NCBI GenBank assembly: GCA_043740165.1
Contig: JAYUCR010000512.1
Span: forward strand, 1-40,827
Direction: 5' to 3'
Length of the DNA: 40,827 nucleotides
Source of the DNA: Acidobacteriota bacterium
GTDB taxonomy: Bacteria; Acidobacteriota; Polarisedimenticolia; Gp22-AA2
Shown here: positions 17,467 through 25,667 of the stretch, in pieces
Numbering within the stretch: position 1 is the first letter of the stretch
Layout: every line of letters begins with the position of its first letter
The notes under the pieces: generated by a model
What the model was told of the DNA's origin: nothing
Databases searched by the model: none
The model's input: only the letters and a program-made list of their open reading frames with translations
Translations under genes and position numbers: made by a program

Positions 17467-18225
17467 GTGCGGATCATTCCGGTGATTGATCTTCTGGACG
17501 GCCGCGCGGTGCGCGGCCGGAGCGGTGATCGCCTCCGCTATCAACCGGTGGTGAGCCGGCTTCGGATGGCCCCGGGGGAAGATCTGTCCGATCCGGCGGA
17601 GCTCCTGTCGGTCTACCTCCAGACGCTCCACAGCGACACTGTCTACGTGGCCGATCTGAACCGGCTCGAAGGCCGCGGCGACAACGATGCCGTGGTGGCG
17701 CGCCTTCTGGACGTGGCGCCCACGGTCCGGCTGCTGTGCGACGGCGGGTTCGCCACCGCCAGCTCCGTGACTTCGAGGAGCGGCCGCCTCATCCCGGTCC
17801 TCGGCACCGAGAGCCTGCGCAGCCTGGATGCGCTGCGGCCGTCGCTCCGGCCGGCCACCGGCCACCGGCCATTCCTCAGTCTCGATCTCGACGCGACGGG
17901 TGTCGTCGCGCGCTCGCCCGCGATCGCCGCCCTCCCCGAGACCACCCTTCTGCGCCGGGCCGCTGCGATGGGGTTGGGCGGGGGAATCGTGCTGATGCTG
18001 AGGGCGGTGGGAACCGTGTCCGGGATCGACCGCACCCGCCTGCTTCGCCTGCGTCGGGCGGCTCCCGCGCTGCATCTCCTGACCGGAGGGGGGATCGCGT
18101 CGATCGGCGACCTCGATCACCTGCGCGCCTCCGGGTGGGCCGGCGCCCTGCTGGCGACCGCCCTGCACGATCGGCGCATCCGCGCGTCCGAGCTTCTCGC
18201 CGCCCGACTGATCGACGCCGCCTAG
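17467..18225 (+). CDS. HisA/HisF-family TIM-barrel protein of H4MPT clusters (COG1411-like)
   Basis: MRIIPVIDLLDGRAVRG N-terminus and C-terminal phosphate-binding LLTGGGIAS are typical of HisA/HisF folds. GTG start. Divergent from the kinase operon. Confidence 0.7.
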   Translation: MRIIPVIDLLDGRAVRGRSGDRLRYQPVVSRLRMAPGEDLSDPAELLSVYLQTLHSDTVYVADLNRLEGRGDNDAVVARLLDVAPTVRLLCDGGFATASSVTSRSGRLIPVLGTESLRSLDALRPSLRPATGHRPFLSLDLDATGVVARSPAIAALPETTLLRRAAAMGLGGGIVLMLRAVGTVSGIDRTRLLRLRRAAPALHLLTGGGIASIGDLDHLRASGWAGALLATALHDRRIRASELLAARLIDAA

Positions 18226-19787
18226 ACGTCCTCGACCCCCGGCGCCGGGAGGCGCGGCTTCACCTGGATGGAGCGGAATCGGCGCAGGAGCACCTGTCCT
18301 GCAGGCATCCCCTTGCGCTTGTGGACATGCTTGCGCTGGGTGTAATGCACCTCGACCTTCCCGGCGTTCTTGGCCCCGCTGTAGTACGCCGCCATCTCCG
18401 CCGCGACGCGCAGCGTCCCCTCGGGCAGGACCCCCTGCCGTTCCGGGTTGCGCACGATGACATGCGCCCCGGGCGTCCCGGCGGCGTGCAGCCAGAAATC
18501 CCACGGCGAGGCGACCTTGAAGGTCAAGGTATCGTTCTCGGCGCCGCTCTTCCCCACCATGATGACGAATCCATCGCGCGTCATGTGCCGTCGCACCCGG
18601 GTCGGGGTCTCCTGAGCAGGCGGCCGGGCAGCCGCCTTCGCGGGGCGGGGCGCGTGCACCAGACCCATCCTCTCCATCGCAACTTTCAATGCGTCGAGAT
18701 CCGCGGCATTCCTGGCGCCCACCGCCTGAGATTCCAGCCGGCCCCAGGCCGCGCGCCCGGCCGCGATCGCCTGCCGCCGCGCCTCGATGGCGACAACGCC
18801 GCGCTTCCCCTTCTTGTAGCGGGTGAACAGCCGCTGGGCATTCTCCTGCGGGGACAGAGAAGGATCGAGCGGAATCGTGATCGGCGGAGCCTCCGGGTCG
18901 GTCGGATCGGGGACGGTGATTTCTCCCGCCGTGGGGCGTACCGCGGGGAGCGCCGCGAGCAGGGCTTCGCCCCAGAGCCGATAGCGTTCCGCGCCGCGAG
19001 CCCGCTCCAGGTCTTCCGACAGCCTGCGCTCCAGCGACTCCAGGCGCTCGATTTCGCGCCGTACCTGGGCCGCGTGATGGGTTCGCCGCGCCTGAAAGTC
19101 GTGCACCCGGTCCTGGAGATCGAACACGACCTGTGTCGCCTCCGACGGACTGTCGAAGCGCGTGACGAAAAGCGGCCGGCCCGTCTCAGGGTCGCAAGGG
19201 TGAGGGTCGAGCGCCGCGGTCAGAAGCCTGGGATCGCCCTGGCCGAGCGGCACGTCGTCGCCATAGTCCCCCAGAGGCCGGCGCGAATAAACCACCGGCT
19301 CCACGGGCATGTCCGGGAGTCGGTCCGATTCCGCCCGCGGTGCGCGTGCCGGGGTGCGGATCGGGCGCGCCGATCCCAGGATATTTCCGGCAGCGTCCTG
19401 CAGCACGGCATTCGCCGATCGACCGAAGATTTGCGCGATCAGGCGGCGCGCCGGAGCCGGCCCGGCCGAGCCGGGAAGGCGGAAGGTCATGGCGACGGCG
19501 CGATCGCCCGGCACTTTCTCGAGCCCGGTCAGGATCGCCCCTCCGAGCTCCCGATCCAGGAGGGCGGCGAACGGATCGGGCGGCGCCTCCTTCTGGCGGC
19601 CGGCGCGCACGAGAAGGTGCAGACGAGGTCGCTCGGGAGGGACGGCAATGAGCAGGTTGTCGCGCCCGGGGGTCGCGAAGCGCAGGAGGTACCGCTCGCG
19701 GCCAAGGCAGGACACCGAAGACACTTCCTGCTCGATCAGACGCGCGGCCGCCTCATCCGCGACCGCCTGCAGAAGAGCGCTCTCCAT
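18222..19787 (-). CDS. NFACT-family protein (RqcH / fibronectin-binding protein A-like ribosome quality-control factor)
   Basis: N-terminal NFACT-N with a GDR motif (VPGDRAVAMTF). C-terminal DUF814-like ...VGKSGAENDTLTF...DFWLHAAGTPGAHVIV. 521 aa. Confidence 0.75.
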   Translation of the reverse strand: MESALLQAVADEAAARLIEQEVSSVSCLGRERYLLRFATPGRDNLLIAVPPERPRLHLLVRAGRQKEAPPDPFAALLDRELGGAILTGLEKVPGDRAVAMTFRLPGSAGPAPARRLIAQIFGRSANAVLQDAAGNILGSARPIRTPARAPRAESDRLPDMPVEPVVYSRRPLGDYGDDVPLGQGDPRLLTAALDPHPCDPETGRPLFVTRFDSPSEATQVVFDLQDRVHDFQARRTHHAAQVRREIERLESLERRLSEDLERARGAERYRLWGEALLAALPAVRPTAGEITVPDPTDPEAPPITIPLDPSLSPQENAQRLFTRYKKGKRGVVAIEARRQAIAAGRAAWGRLESQAVGARNAADLDALKVAMERMGLVHAPRPAKAAARPPAQETPTRVRRHMTRDGFVIMVGKSGAENDTLTFKVASPWDFWLHAAGTPGAHVIVRNPERQGVLPEGTLRVAAEMAAYYSGAKNAGKVEVHYTQRKHVHKRKGMPAGQVLLRRFRSIQVKPRLPAPGVEDV

Positions 19788-19828
19788 CGGGTCCGCCGGC
19801 CGGTCGGCCGGAACGGGGTGTGGTGCGG

Positions 19829-20335
19829 TTACTGCTCGCGCGCCTGGCGGAAACCGCTGGCGACCGCCTTGTCGATCTTCGCCTCGACGTCTTCCGTCTT
19901 CATTCTCTCGACTTCGGCGATCTCGCTGACGATCAGGTAGCGCGCCCGGTCGAGCATGCGGCGCTCACGGTACGACAGGTTCTTCTGCAGCGACAGGTGC
20001 GTGAGGCTCTTGAACACCAGTGCGACTTCGGTGATCGAGCCCGTGCGCATCTTGTCGGAGTTTTCCTGGAAACGGCCCTTCCAGTCGTCGAAGACCCTGA
20101 TCTTGTTGTCCTTCAGAACGTCAAAGACCAGGTCGACTTCCTTGCGTGTCATCACCGGCCTGAGACCGACGTTGCTGGTATTGCTTCTCGGCACCATCAC
20201 GGTACTGTCATTGCCGATGATGCGCAGCCGCAGGAACTCCTCGGTACGATCCCCGAGATCGCGCTGTTCGATTTTCTCGATGACACCGAGTCCGTGGTTG
20301 GGATAAACGACCATGTCGCCGATCTTGAATGGCAA
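19829..20335 (-). CDS. carD: CarD/CdnL-family RNA polymerase-binding transcription regulator
   Basis: I call a TTG start at 20335, giving (M)PFKIGDMVVYPNHGLGVIEKI, the canonical CarD N-terminus. GGAGGA lies 5 nt upstream. The tracked ATG at 20401 sits inside a -10-like hexamer. Confidence 0.85.
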   Translation of the reverse strand: MPFKIGDMVVYPNHGLGVIEKIEQRDLGDRTEEFLRLRIIGNDSTVMVPRSNTSNVGLRPVMTRKEVDLVFDVLKDNKIRVFDDWKGRFQENSDKMRTGSITEVALVFKSLTHLSLQKNLSYRERRMLDRARYLIVSEIAEVERMKTEDVEAKIDKAVASGFRQAREQ

Positions 20336-20399
20336 GGGGATCCTCCACTTGGCGGCGCGATCCGTGAGAACTGGCCGCGGAGCCTGTTGGGTCACGCAC

Positions 20400-20429
20400 A
20401 TGATAGCAGGAGAGGGGGGGTGCGATCAA
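20400..20429 (-). promoter_or_regulatory. Predicted carD promoter
   Basis: Minus strand reads TTGATC (20429-20424), 18 nt, TATCAT (20405-20400). The -10 overlaps the tracked ATG at 20401, which supports the downstream TTG start with its SD. Confidence 0.3.
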
Positions 20430-20503
20430 CCCGGAACCCGCACCCGGCGAGGGCTGGGGGACGGGAGCGCACTACAATGGCTCCCGGGAGGCGGTCCAGG
20501 AGC

Positions 20504-21418
20504 ATGATCCGCTTCGGTGTGGCCGGCTGGGACTATCCGGACTGGGAGGGGTTCGTCTACCCGACGCCGGCGCCCCGGCGGTTCGACCGTCTGTCCTACC
20601 TCGCGGGCTTCGTGGACGCCATCGAGCTGAATGTCACGTTTTACCGCCAGCCGGATCCTGAGGCGGCGCGGTCCTGGGCTCGCCGTGTCGCCCATGTCCC
20701 GGCCTTCCGCTTCACCGCGAAGCTCTATCGCGCCCTGACCCACTCCGAGGGCAAGGGATCCCCGGAGGACGCTTCGGCGCTGCTGCGCGACGAGGCGGAA
20801 CGCTTCCGCGCGGGGATCACTCCGCTGCGCGAGGCCGGCCGGCTGTCAGCGGTGCTGGCGCAGTTTCCGCAGCGTTTCCATGACCGCCCCGCATCGCGCC
20901 GGCACGTCGAGGATCTGGCGCGGCTTCTCCCCGATCTGCCGCTCGTGGCCGAATTTCGCCATCGGAGCTGGGACCACGAGGACGCTCTGCGATTCCTGCA
21001 CGGACTCGGCGTCGGTTTCTGCAACATCGATCAGCCGGCCCTCGGCGCGGCGCTGCGGCCCACCGGCCATGTCACCTCGCGGGTCGCTTACATCCGGCTG
21101 CACGGGCGAAACGCCACGAACTGGTTTCAGGAAGGCGGGCCGGCGCACGCGCGGTACGACTATCTCTACAGCGCCGACGAGCTGCGCCCGTGGTCGGAAC
21201 GGGCTTTGCGCCTGGAGGAGCGCAGCGACGAGGTGGTGGTGATCGCCAACAATCACTACCGCGGGAAGGCCCCGGCGAACATCCTGATGCTCAAGGCGAT
21301 GACGACGCGCCGGCGCGTGACGGCCCCGGCTCCGCTCGTCCGTGCCTACCGCGCGCTGGCGGCGGTCGCGGTGCCCGCCCCGGCCCCGGGGACCGCGCAG
21401 GGCCGGCTGTTCGACTGA
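20504..21418 (+). CDS. DUF72 (YecE-like) family protein
   Basis: MIRFGVAGWDYPDWEGFVYP... and ...AYIRLHGRN...YDYLYS are typical DUF72 strings. An alternative ATG at 20477 overlaps a TACAAT hexamer. Confidence 0.8.
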   Translation: MIRFGVAGWDYPDWEGFVYPTPAPRRFDRLSYLAGFVDAIELNVTFYRQPDPEAARSWARRVAHVPAFRFTAKLYRALTHSEGKGSPEDASALLRDEAERFRAGITPLREAGRLSAVLAQFPQRFHDRPASRRHVEDLARLLPDLPLVAEFRHRSWDHEDALRFLHGLGVGFCNIDQPALGAALRPTGHVTSRVAYIRLHGRNATNWFQEGGPAHARYDYLYSADELRPWSERALRLEERSDEVVVIANNHYRGKAPANILMLKAMTTRRRVTAPAPLVRAYRALAAVAVPAPAPGTAQGRLFD

Positions 21419-21421
21419 CAC

Positions 21422-22432
21422 CTAGTCATCCGAGGCGTCGGAGATCACCTCGCGCCCGTGCTCGTCCACCGACACCTCGCGCTCTTCGTCGACCTTGCAG
21501 CTGCCGCAGAGAGGCAACCGGTCGAATTCGTGCCCGAGGTAGCGTCGCCTGATCTCCTTGGCGACCGGGCCGTTCCAGACGTCGTAGACGCTGCTGCCGA
21601 CGATGTTCCCCAGCACCTGGTCGCGGCTGTAATCGACGCAACAGAGAACCAGGTCGCCGTTGAACATGATGTAGGCCTGCTTGAACAGCCGCGTGCAGGT
21701 CGTGTAATAGGACATCGCGCGCGTGCGGCTGAAGCTTTCGGCATCCTTGATATTGCCGCCACGATTCTCGAGGGTGGTGTACTTCGAGGCGACGCCGCGC
21801 GAGCGCCAGTGCGCCACGGCCTTGCGGGCATCGATCACCGCCGTGTCGACCATCGTGATCCAGAGCTGCGGGCGCGATAGCCCGCGCGACCTCTGGGTCT
21901 CGATGAAGTGTTCGACGTTTTTCATGGTGCGGTCGAAGTCCATGTTGCCGCGCATGGTCTTCTCGTAGGACTCCTTGTCGATCCCCTGGAACGACACGTA
22001 GAGCTTGTGGATCCCCGCCCCCATGGCCAGGATCTGATCCACCACGGGCGGGGTGAGGAAATGGCCGTTGGTGGTGACCACCACCTTGCAGTCGGGGATC
22101 TTCGCGTTGATGTAGCGCACCTTGTCGAACAACTCTCGATCCATGAGCGGCTCGTTCATGAGATAGGGGCTGATCCGCCGCACCTTGTGCTCGGCGGCCT
22201 CGTCGATGATGCCGCGGAACATCTCGATCGGCATTTTCCCCTTCGGCTGCGTGGTGTAGGTCTCGCCGTAGGGGCAGAAAATGCAGTCGGCGTTGCATCC
22301 GGTGAAGGTCTGGATCTGGAGCGTGCGGGGGAAAATCGGTATCGGCCGGCGCGTCAGGCGGTTCTTGACCCGGAGCCAGGCGCCGTCCCCGGGCTGATCC
22401 ATGTAGTAGTCGTTGACCTTCAATCGGCTCAT
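21422..22432 (-). CDS. Radical SAM protein with C-terminal SPASM/twitch-like Cys cluster, function unknown
   Basis: CNADCIFC (CxxxCxxC), VVTTNGHFL, C-terminal LCCVDY...LPLCGSC. ATGA overlap with the upstream GT4 gene. Hand-counted GC of three 60-nt samples is 53-63%, against 70% in one GT4 sample. Confidence 0.8.
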   Translation of the reverse strand: MSRLKVNDYYMDQPGDGAWLRVKNRLTRRPIPIFPRTLQIQTFTGCNADCIFCPYGETYTTQPKGKMPIEMFRGIIDEAAEHKVRRISPYLMNEPLMDRELFDKVRYINAKIPDCKVVVTTNGHFLTPPVVDQILAMGAGIHKLYVSFQGIDKESYEKTMRGNMDFDRTMKNVEHFIETQRSRGLSRPQLWITMVDTAVIDARKAVAHWRSRGVASKYTTLENRGGNIKDAESFSRTRAMSYYTTCTRLFKQAYIMFNGDLVLCCVDYSRDQVLGNIVGSSVYDVWNGPVAKEIRRRYLGHEFDRLPLCGSCKVDEEREVSVDEHGREVISDASDD

Positions 22433-23538
22433 CCGCGCACTCCGAGGGTGGCGTAAACCTCCGCCGTGTGCTCCACCATCCGATCGATCGTGAACTCCAC
22501 CGCCCGCAGTCTTCCGGCGCCGACCATCCGGGAGCGCAGCGCCCCATCCCGGGACATGCGAACGATACCGCGCGCCAGCGCCGGTGCGTCGCCGGGGGGG
22601 CTCAGGAGGCCGTGGAGCGAATCTTCGATGATCTCCTCCACACCGTCAAGGGCGGAAGCGAGCACCGGCAGGCCGGCCGCCAGCGCCTCCTTGAGAACTG
22701 CCGGCGAGCCTTCACCCGAGGTCGATGCGAGGACGAACAGGTCGAGGCCCGCCAGCACGTCCGGCATGTCGTCCCGGAAGCCGGCAAAGTGGACCCGCTG
22801 GGCGATCCCGAGCCGATCGGCGAGAGCCCGGAGGTCCGAGGATTCCTTGCCACCACCGACCACGACAAAGCGCGCCTCCGGCAGATCGATCGCCGCCTGC
22901 GCGCAGGCCCTCAGGAACAGATCCATCCCCTTGTGCGCCGCGAGGTGACCGGCCGAGCCGACCAGCCAGGCGTCCTCCGGCCAGTCGGGAACCGACGTGG
23001 AGAGCGTCGTGCGGAAACGGGTCCTGTTCCCCTGCGCGAACCGATGCGGATCCAGGCCCGAATGGATGGTGACCACTCGCGAGGCCGCAATCCCCTGCGC
23101 GATCAGGCCGCGCCGGATCGCTTCCGAGACGGCGATGATGCGATCCACCCGCCAGGTGTACTTGAGCCGCGACAGACCGAACCCGCGAAGCCCGAAGGAC
23201 ACCCGACGCGCCGCGACCGCGGGGCGGCGCCCCGATCGCAGGCTGGCGAGCGTGCCGAGCCCGACCGCGTGCGCCGTGTGGTAGTGCAGCAGGTCGACGC
23301 GGCGGTCCCTCACGACCTCCGCGATGCGCCGGCTGGCGCGCAGATCCCACTCGCCGCGCATGGGAACCGGCTCGACCGCGATCCCGGCGGCGGTGGCTCG
23401 GCGGGTCAGCGGAGCATCGGGTGGCGCCACGACGATGGAGAGATGGCCGCGGCGACGCAGGCCATCCGCCAGGTAAAGAGTCTGCGCCTCGCCTCCCCGC
23501 CAGCCGCTCTCGGTGTTCAGGTGGAGCACCGTGGGCAT
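22429..23538 (-). CDS. Glycosyltransferase family 4 (GT-B, WaaG/RfaG-like)
   Basis: Start trimmed to ATG 23538 (MPTVLHLNTESGWRGGEAQTLYLADGL...), 1-nt overlap with the GT2 stop (TGATG). C-terminal EGSPAVLKEALAAGLPV is the GT4 E-x7-E region. Confidence 0.8.
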   Translation of the reverse strand: MPTVLHLNTESGWRGGEAQTLYLADGLRRRGHLSIVVAPPDAPLTRRATAAGIAVEPVPMRGEWDLRASRRIAEVVRDRRVDLLHYHTAHAVGLGTLASLRSGRRPAVAARRVSFGLRGFGLSRLKYTWRVDRIIAVSEAIRRGLIAQGIAASRVVTIHSGLDPHRFAQGNRTRFRTTLSTSVPDWPEDAWLVGSAGHLAAHKGMDLFLRACAQAAIDLPEARFVVVGGGKESSDLRALADRLGIAQRVHFAGFRDDMPDVLAGLDLFVLASTSGEGSPAVLKEALAAGLPVLASALDGVEEIIEDSLHGLLSPPGDAPALARGIVRMSRDGALRSRMVGAGRLRAVEFTIDRMVEHTAEVYATLGVRG

Positions 23539-24404
23539 CAGCGCCGCGCCGCCCGTCCCGCTTCCTCGTCCACCATCCGGCCGATCTGCTCGCGCAGGAG
23601 CGGACCGGCCTCGGTGCCGGTGGACGCCTCCCCCGGCTGCGTGCTGAAGATCTGCATCTCCCACAGGCGGGCGTATTTCAGGTAGACGGTGAAAGCACCC
23701 AGCATCGACAGGACGACGCCGTGCGCCCCTTCCAGGAATCCGAGGCGGAGGAAATACATGCGGATGAAGCGGCCAATCGGCCGCAGGAGGATCTGCAGCG
23801 GCCCCACCCGCCGGCCCTCCCGGTACATCTGCCGTGCCCCCCACTCGCTGTAAAGGTCGAGCTTGCGCCAGTACTGGCCGAACGATCGAAACGTGTGATG
23901 CTCCAGCGGCTGCGTGAGCGTCGGGAGCGGGCCGGGAAGATCGACCTCCGCGTGCACCTGGCGGTCCTGGTAGCGGGAGACGTCACGACGGAACAGCCGG
24001 ATGACGCGATCCGTCCCCCAGCCGCAGTACCGGATGCGCTTGCCGAGGAAATGGTTGGCGCGACGGACCCAGTAGCCGTCCGCCTCCGGACCCCTTTCCA
24101 GGAGGCGCAGGATCTCGTCGCGCAGGGCGGGGGTCACGCGCTCATCGGCATCCACCAGCAGGACCCATTCGTGGCGCGCCTGCGGGATGGCCCAGTTCTT
24201 CTGCTGCGCCGAGTAACCGTATTCGCGCTGCACGATCCGCGCGCCGGCCTGGCGGGCGATTGCCACGGTCCGGTCGGTGCTGAACGAGTCGACGACGAGA
24301 AGCTCATCGGCGAAGCGCACCGAGTCCAGGCAGGCCGGAAGCGTCTCCTCTTCGTTGAAGGTCGGGATGATGACCGAGAGGGCCCGCCTGGCGTCGGCGC
24401 TCAT
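23538..24404 (-). CDS. Glycosyltransferase family 2 (LPS-core KdtX/WaaE-like)
   Basis: Start trimmed to ATG 24404 (MSADARRALSVIIPTFNEEETL...), ATGA overlap with the bamD stop. VDSFSTDRT and LLVDADERV are GT-A motifs. Confidence 0.8.
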   Translation of the reverse strand: MSADARRALSVIIPTFNEEETLPACLDSVRFADELLVVDSFSTDRTVAIARQAGARIVQREYGYSAQQKNWAIPQARHEWVLLVDADERVTPALRDEILRLLERGPEADGYWVRRANHFLGKRIRYCGWGTDRVIRLFRRDVSRYQDRQVHAEVDLPGPLPTLTQPLEHHTFRSFGQYWRKLDLYSEWGARQMYREGRRVGPLQILLRPIGRFIRMYFLRLGFLEGAHGVVLSMLGAFTVYLKYARLWEMQIFSTQPGEASTGTEAGPLLREQIGRMVDEEAGRAARR

Positions 24405-25264
24405 GGCGTCGTTCCCTTCTTCTTGTTCTCCTTGCTCAGATCCCCGTACAGCTGCTCCCCTTCCCGCTCGCGCCTTCGGTCGTAGTCCGCGAGGGCCGAC
24501 TTGGCGCGGCGCGACAGACGCCCGGTGGAATCCTCGCGCGCCAGCCGATCGAAGAGGTCCTGCGCCTCGTCGCGCTGGTTGATCTGGAGAAGGCTGGAGC
24601 CGAGATCGAGGATCACCCGGTTGGTGTCGGTGTAACGGGGGTAGTCCTTCAGCACGGCCCGGTACCGATCGATCGCCGCAAGCCAGGATTTGCGCCGCTG
24701 GTAGAAGTGGCCGATCACGCGCTCCTTTTCGGCCAGGCGATTCTGGCACCGATCGATGGTGGCGGCCGCCTGGTCGGCATACGGGCTGTCGGGGTAGGCC
24801 GTCTCCACGCGCCGCAGCTCGTCGATCGCCTTGAGCGTCATGGTCTGGTCGCGGTCGGGGGCCAGGACTTGTTGAGCCATCGACTGCCCGATCATGAACT
24901 GGGCGTAGGCCGCCTTCTCGTGCTGCGGGAAATAGGTCAGAAAGTTGCGGTAGCCGTTGAGGGCCTCGCCGTAGTTGGTGAGACCGCCATCCTTGTAGAA
25001 AGCGTCGGCGATCGCCAGCTGCACTTTCGGCAGGAGCTCGCGATCCTCGGGCGGAATGCGGGGCAGGAGCTCCTGGAGCTCGGCGCGCGCCTTGAAATAT
25101 TTCTTCTTCGCCATCAGACCGAGGGCGTGCTCGTAGGCCTGCTCCGGGGGGACAAGGGCGCGCTTCTTACTGGCGCGGCTCGCCGCGCGCGCCTCCCCCG
25201 CGAAGGCCGCCGCGAGAGCGCAGCCGAGGAGGATGGAAACCAGCCCGAGACGTCGCGGCATCAT
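24401..25264 (-). CDS. bamD: Outer-membrane protein assembly factor BamD/YfiO-like TPR lipoprotein
   Basis: Signal peptide with lipobox LLGC. TPR-like helices (YEHALGLMAKKKYFKARAELQEL, YAQFMIGQS, YPDSPYADQA, YQRRKSWLAAIDRYRAVLKDYP). Confidence 0.75.
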   Translation of the reverse strand: MMPRRLGLVSILLGCALAAAFAGEARAASRASKKRALVPPEQAYEHALGLMAKKKYFKARAELQELLPRIPPEDRELLPKVQLAIADAFYKDGGLTNYGEALNGYRNFLTYFPQHEKAAYAQFMIGQSMAQQVLAPDRDQTMTLKAIDELRRVETAYPDSPYADQAAATIDRCQNRLAEKERVIGHFYQRRKSWLAAIDRYRAVLKDYPRYTDTNRVILDLGSSLLQINQRDEAQDLFDRLAREDSTGRLSRRAKSALADYDRRREREGEQLYGDLSKENKKKGTTP

Positions 25265-25660
25265 CTACTCCAGGAGCCGGCGCAGGGAGGCGGGCAACCG
25301 GCGCGGCCGCCCGCGCGCATCGACGGCGGCGTGGGTCGTCGTCCCGGTGGCGACGAGCCTCCCATCGGTGCGTTCGATGCGGTACGTGAACGTGGCGCGG
25401 GCGGCGCTCATCTCCAGGAGCTGGGTGTGCACCATCAGCTGCTCGTCATAACGCGCCGGAGAGCGATAGGCGCAGGTCGCCTCGATCACCGGGAGAAACA
25501 GGCCCTGCGCCTCAACCTCCGCGTAGGGGATGCCGCATTCGCGCATCAGCTCGGTACGCCCGATCTCGAACCAGACGAAGTGCACCCGGTGATGGGCGAA
25601 TCCCATCTGGTCGACCTCCGGGTAGCGCACGCGCACCTGCACCGCACCCGCGCGCGACAT
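25265..25660 (-). CDS. 4HBT/YbgC-family acyl-CoA thioesterase
   Basis: 131 aa. VRVRYPEVDQMGFAHHRVHFVWFE is the hot-dog thioesterase N-terminal signature. Stop abuts the bamD start with a 0-nt gap. Confidence 0.8.
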   Translation of the reverse strand: MSRAGAVQVRVRYPEVDQMGFAHHRVHFVWFEIGRTELMRECGIPYAEVEAQGLFLPVIEATCAYRSPARYDEQLMVHTQLLEMSAARATFTYRIERTDGRLVATGTTTHAAVDARGRPRRLPASLRRLLE

Positions 25661-25667
25661 GATCGAC

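Noticed and set aside
17736-19940. 734-aa plus-strand ORF across the RqcH and carD region. Other long alternate-frame ORFs are 9828..11150, 15669..17084, 15605..17425, 38963..40243, 7883..9427 and 8019..9422.
   Set aside because: All overlap genes with recognisable motifs in another frame or on the other strand. All have Arg/Pro/Gly-dominated composition, and none has a plausible SD or start context.
21418-22432. The radical SAM/SPASM gene as a RiPP maturase with an adjacent precursor peptide.
   Set aside because: There is no short ORF or spacer next to it. It overlaps GT4 upstream and is 3 nt from the convergent DUF72 gene downstream. The context is glycosyltransferases rather than peptide, protease or transporter genes.
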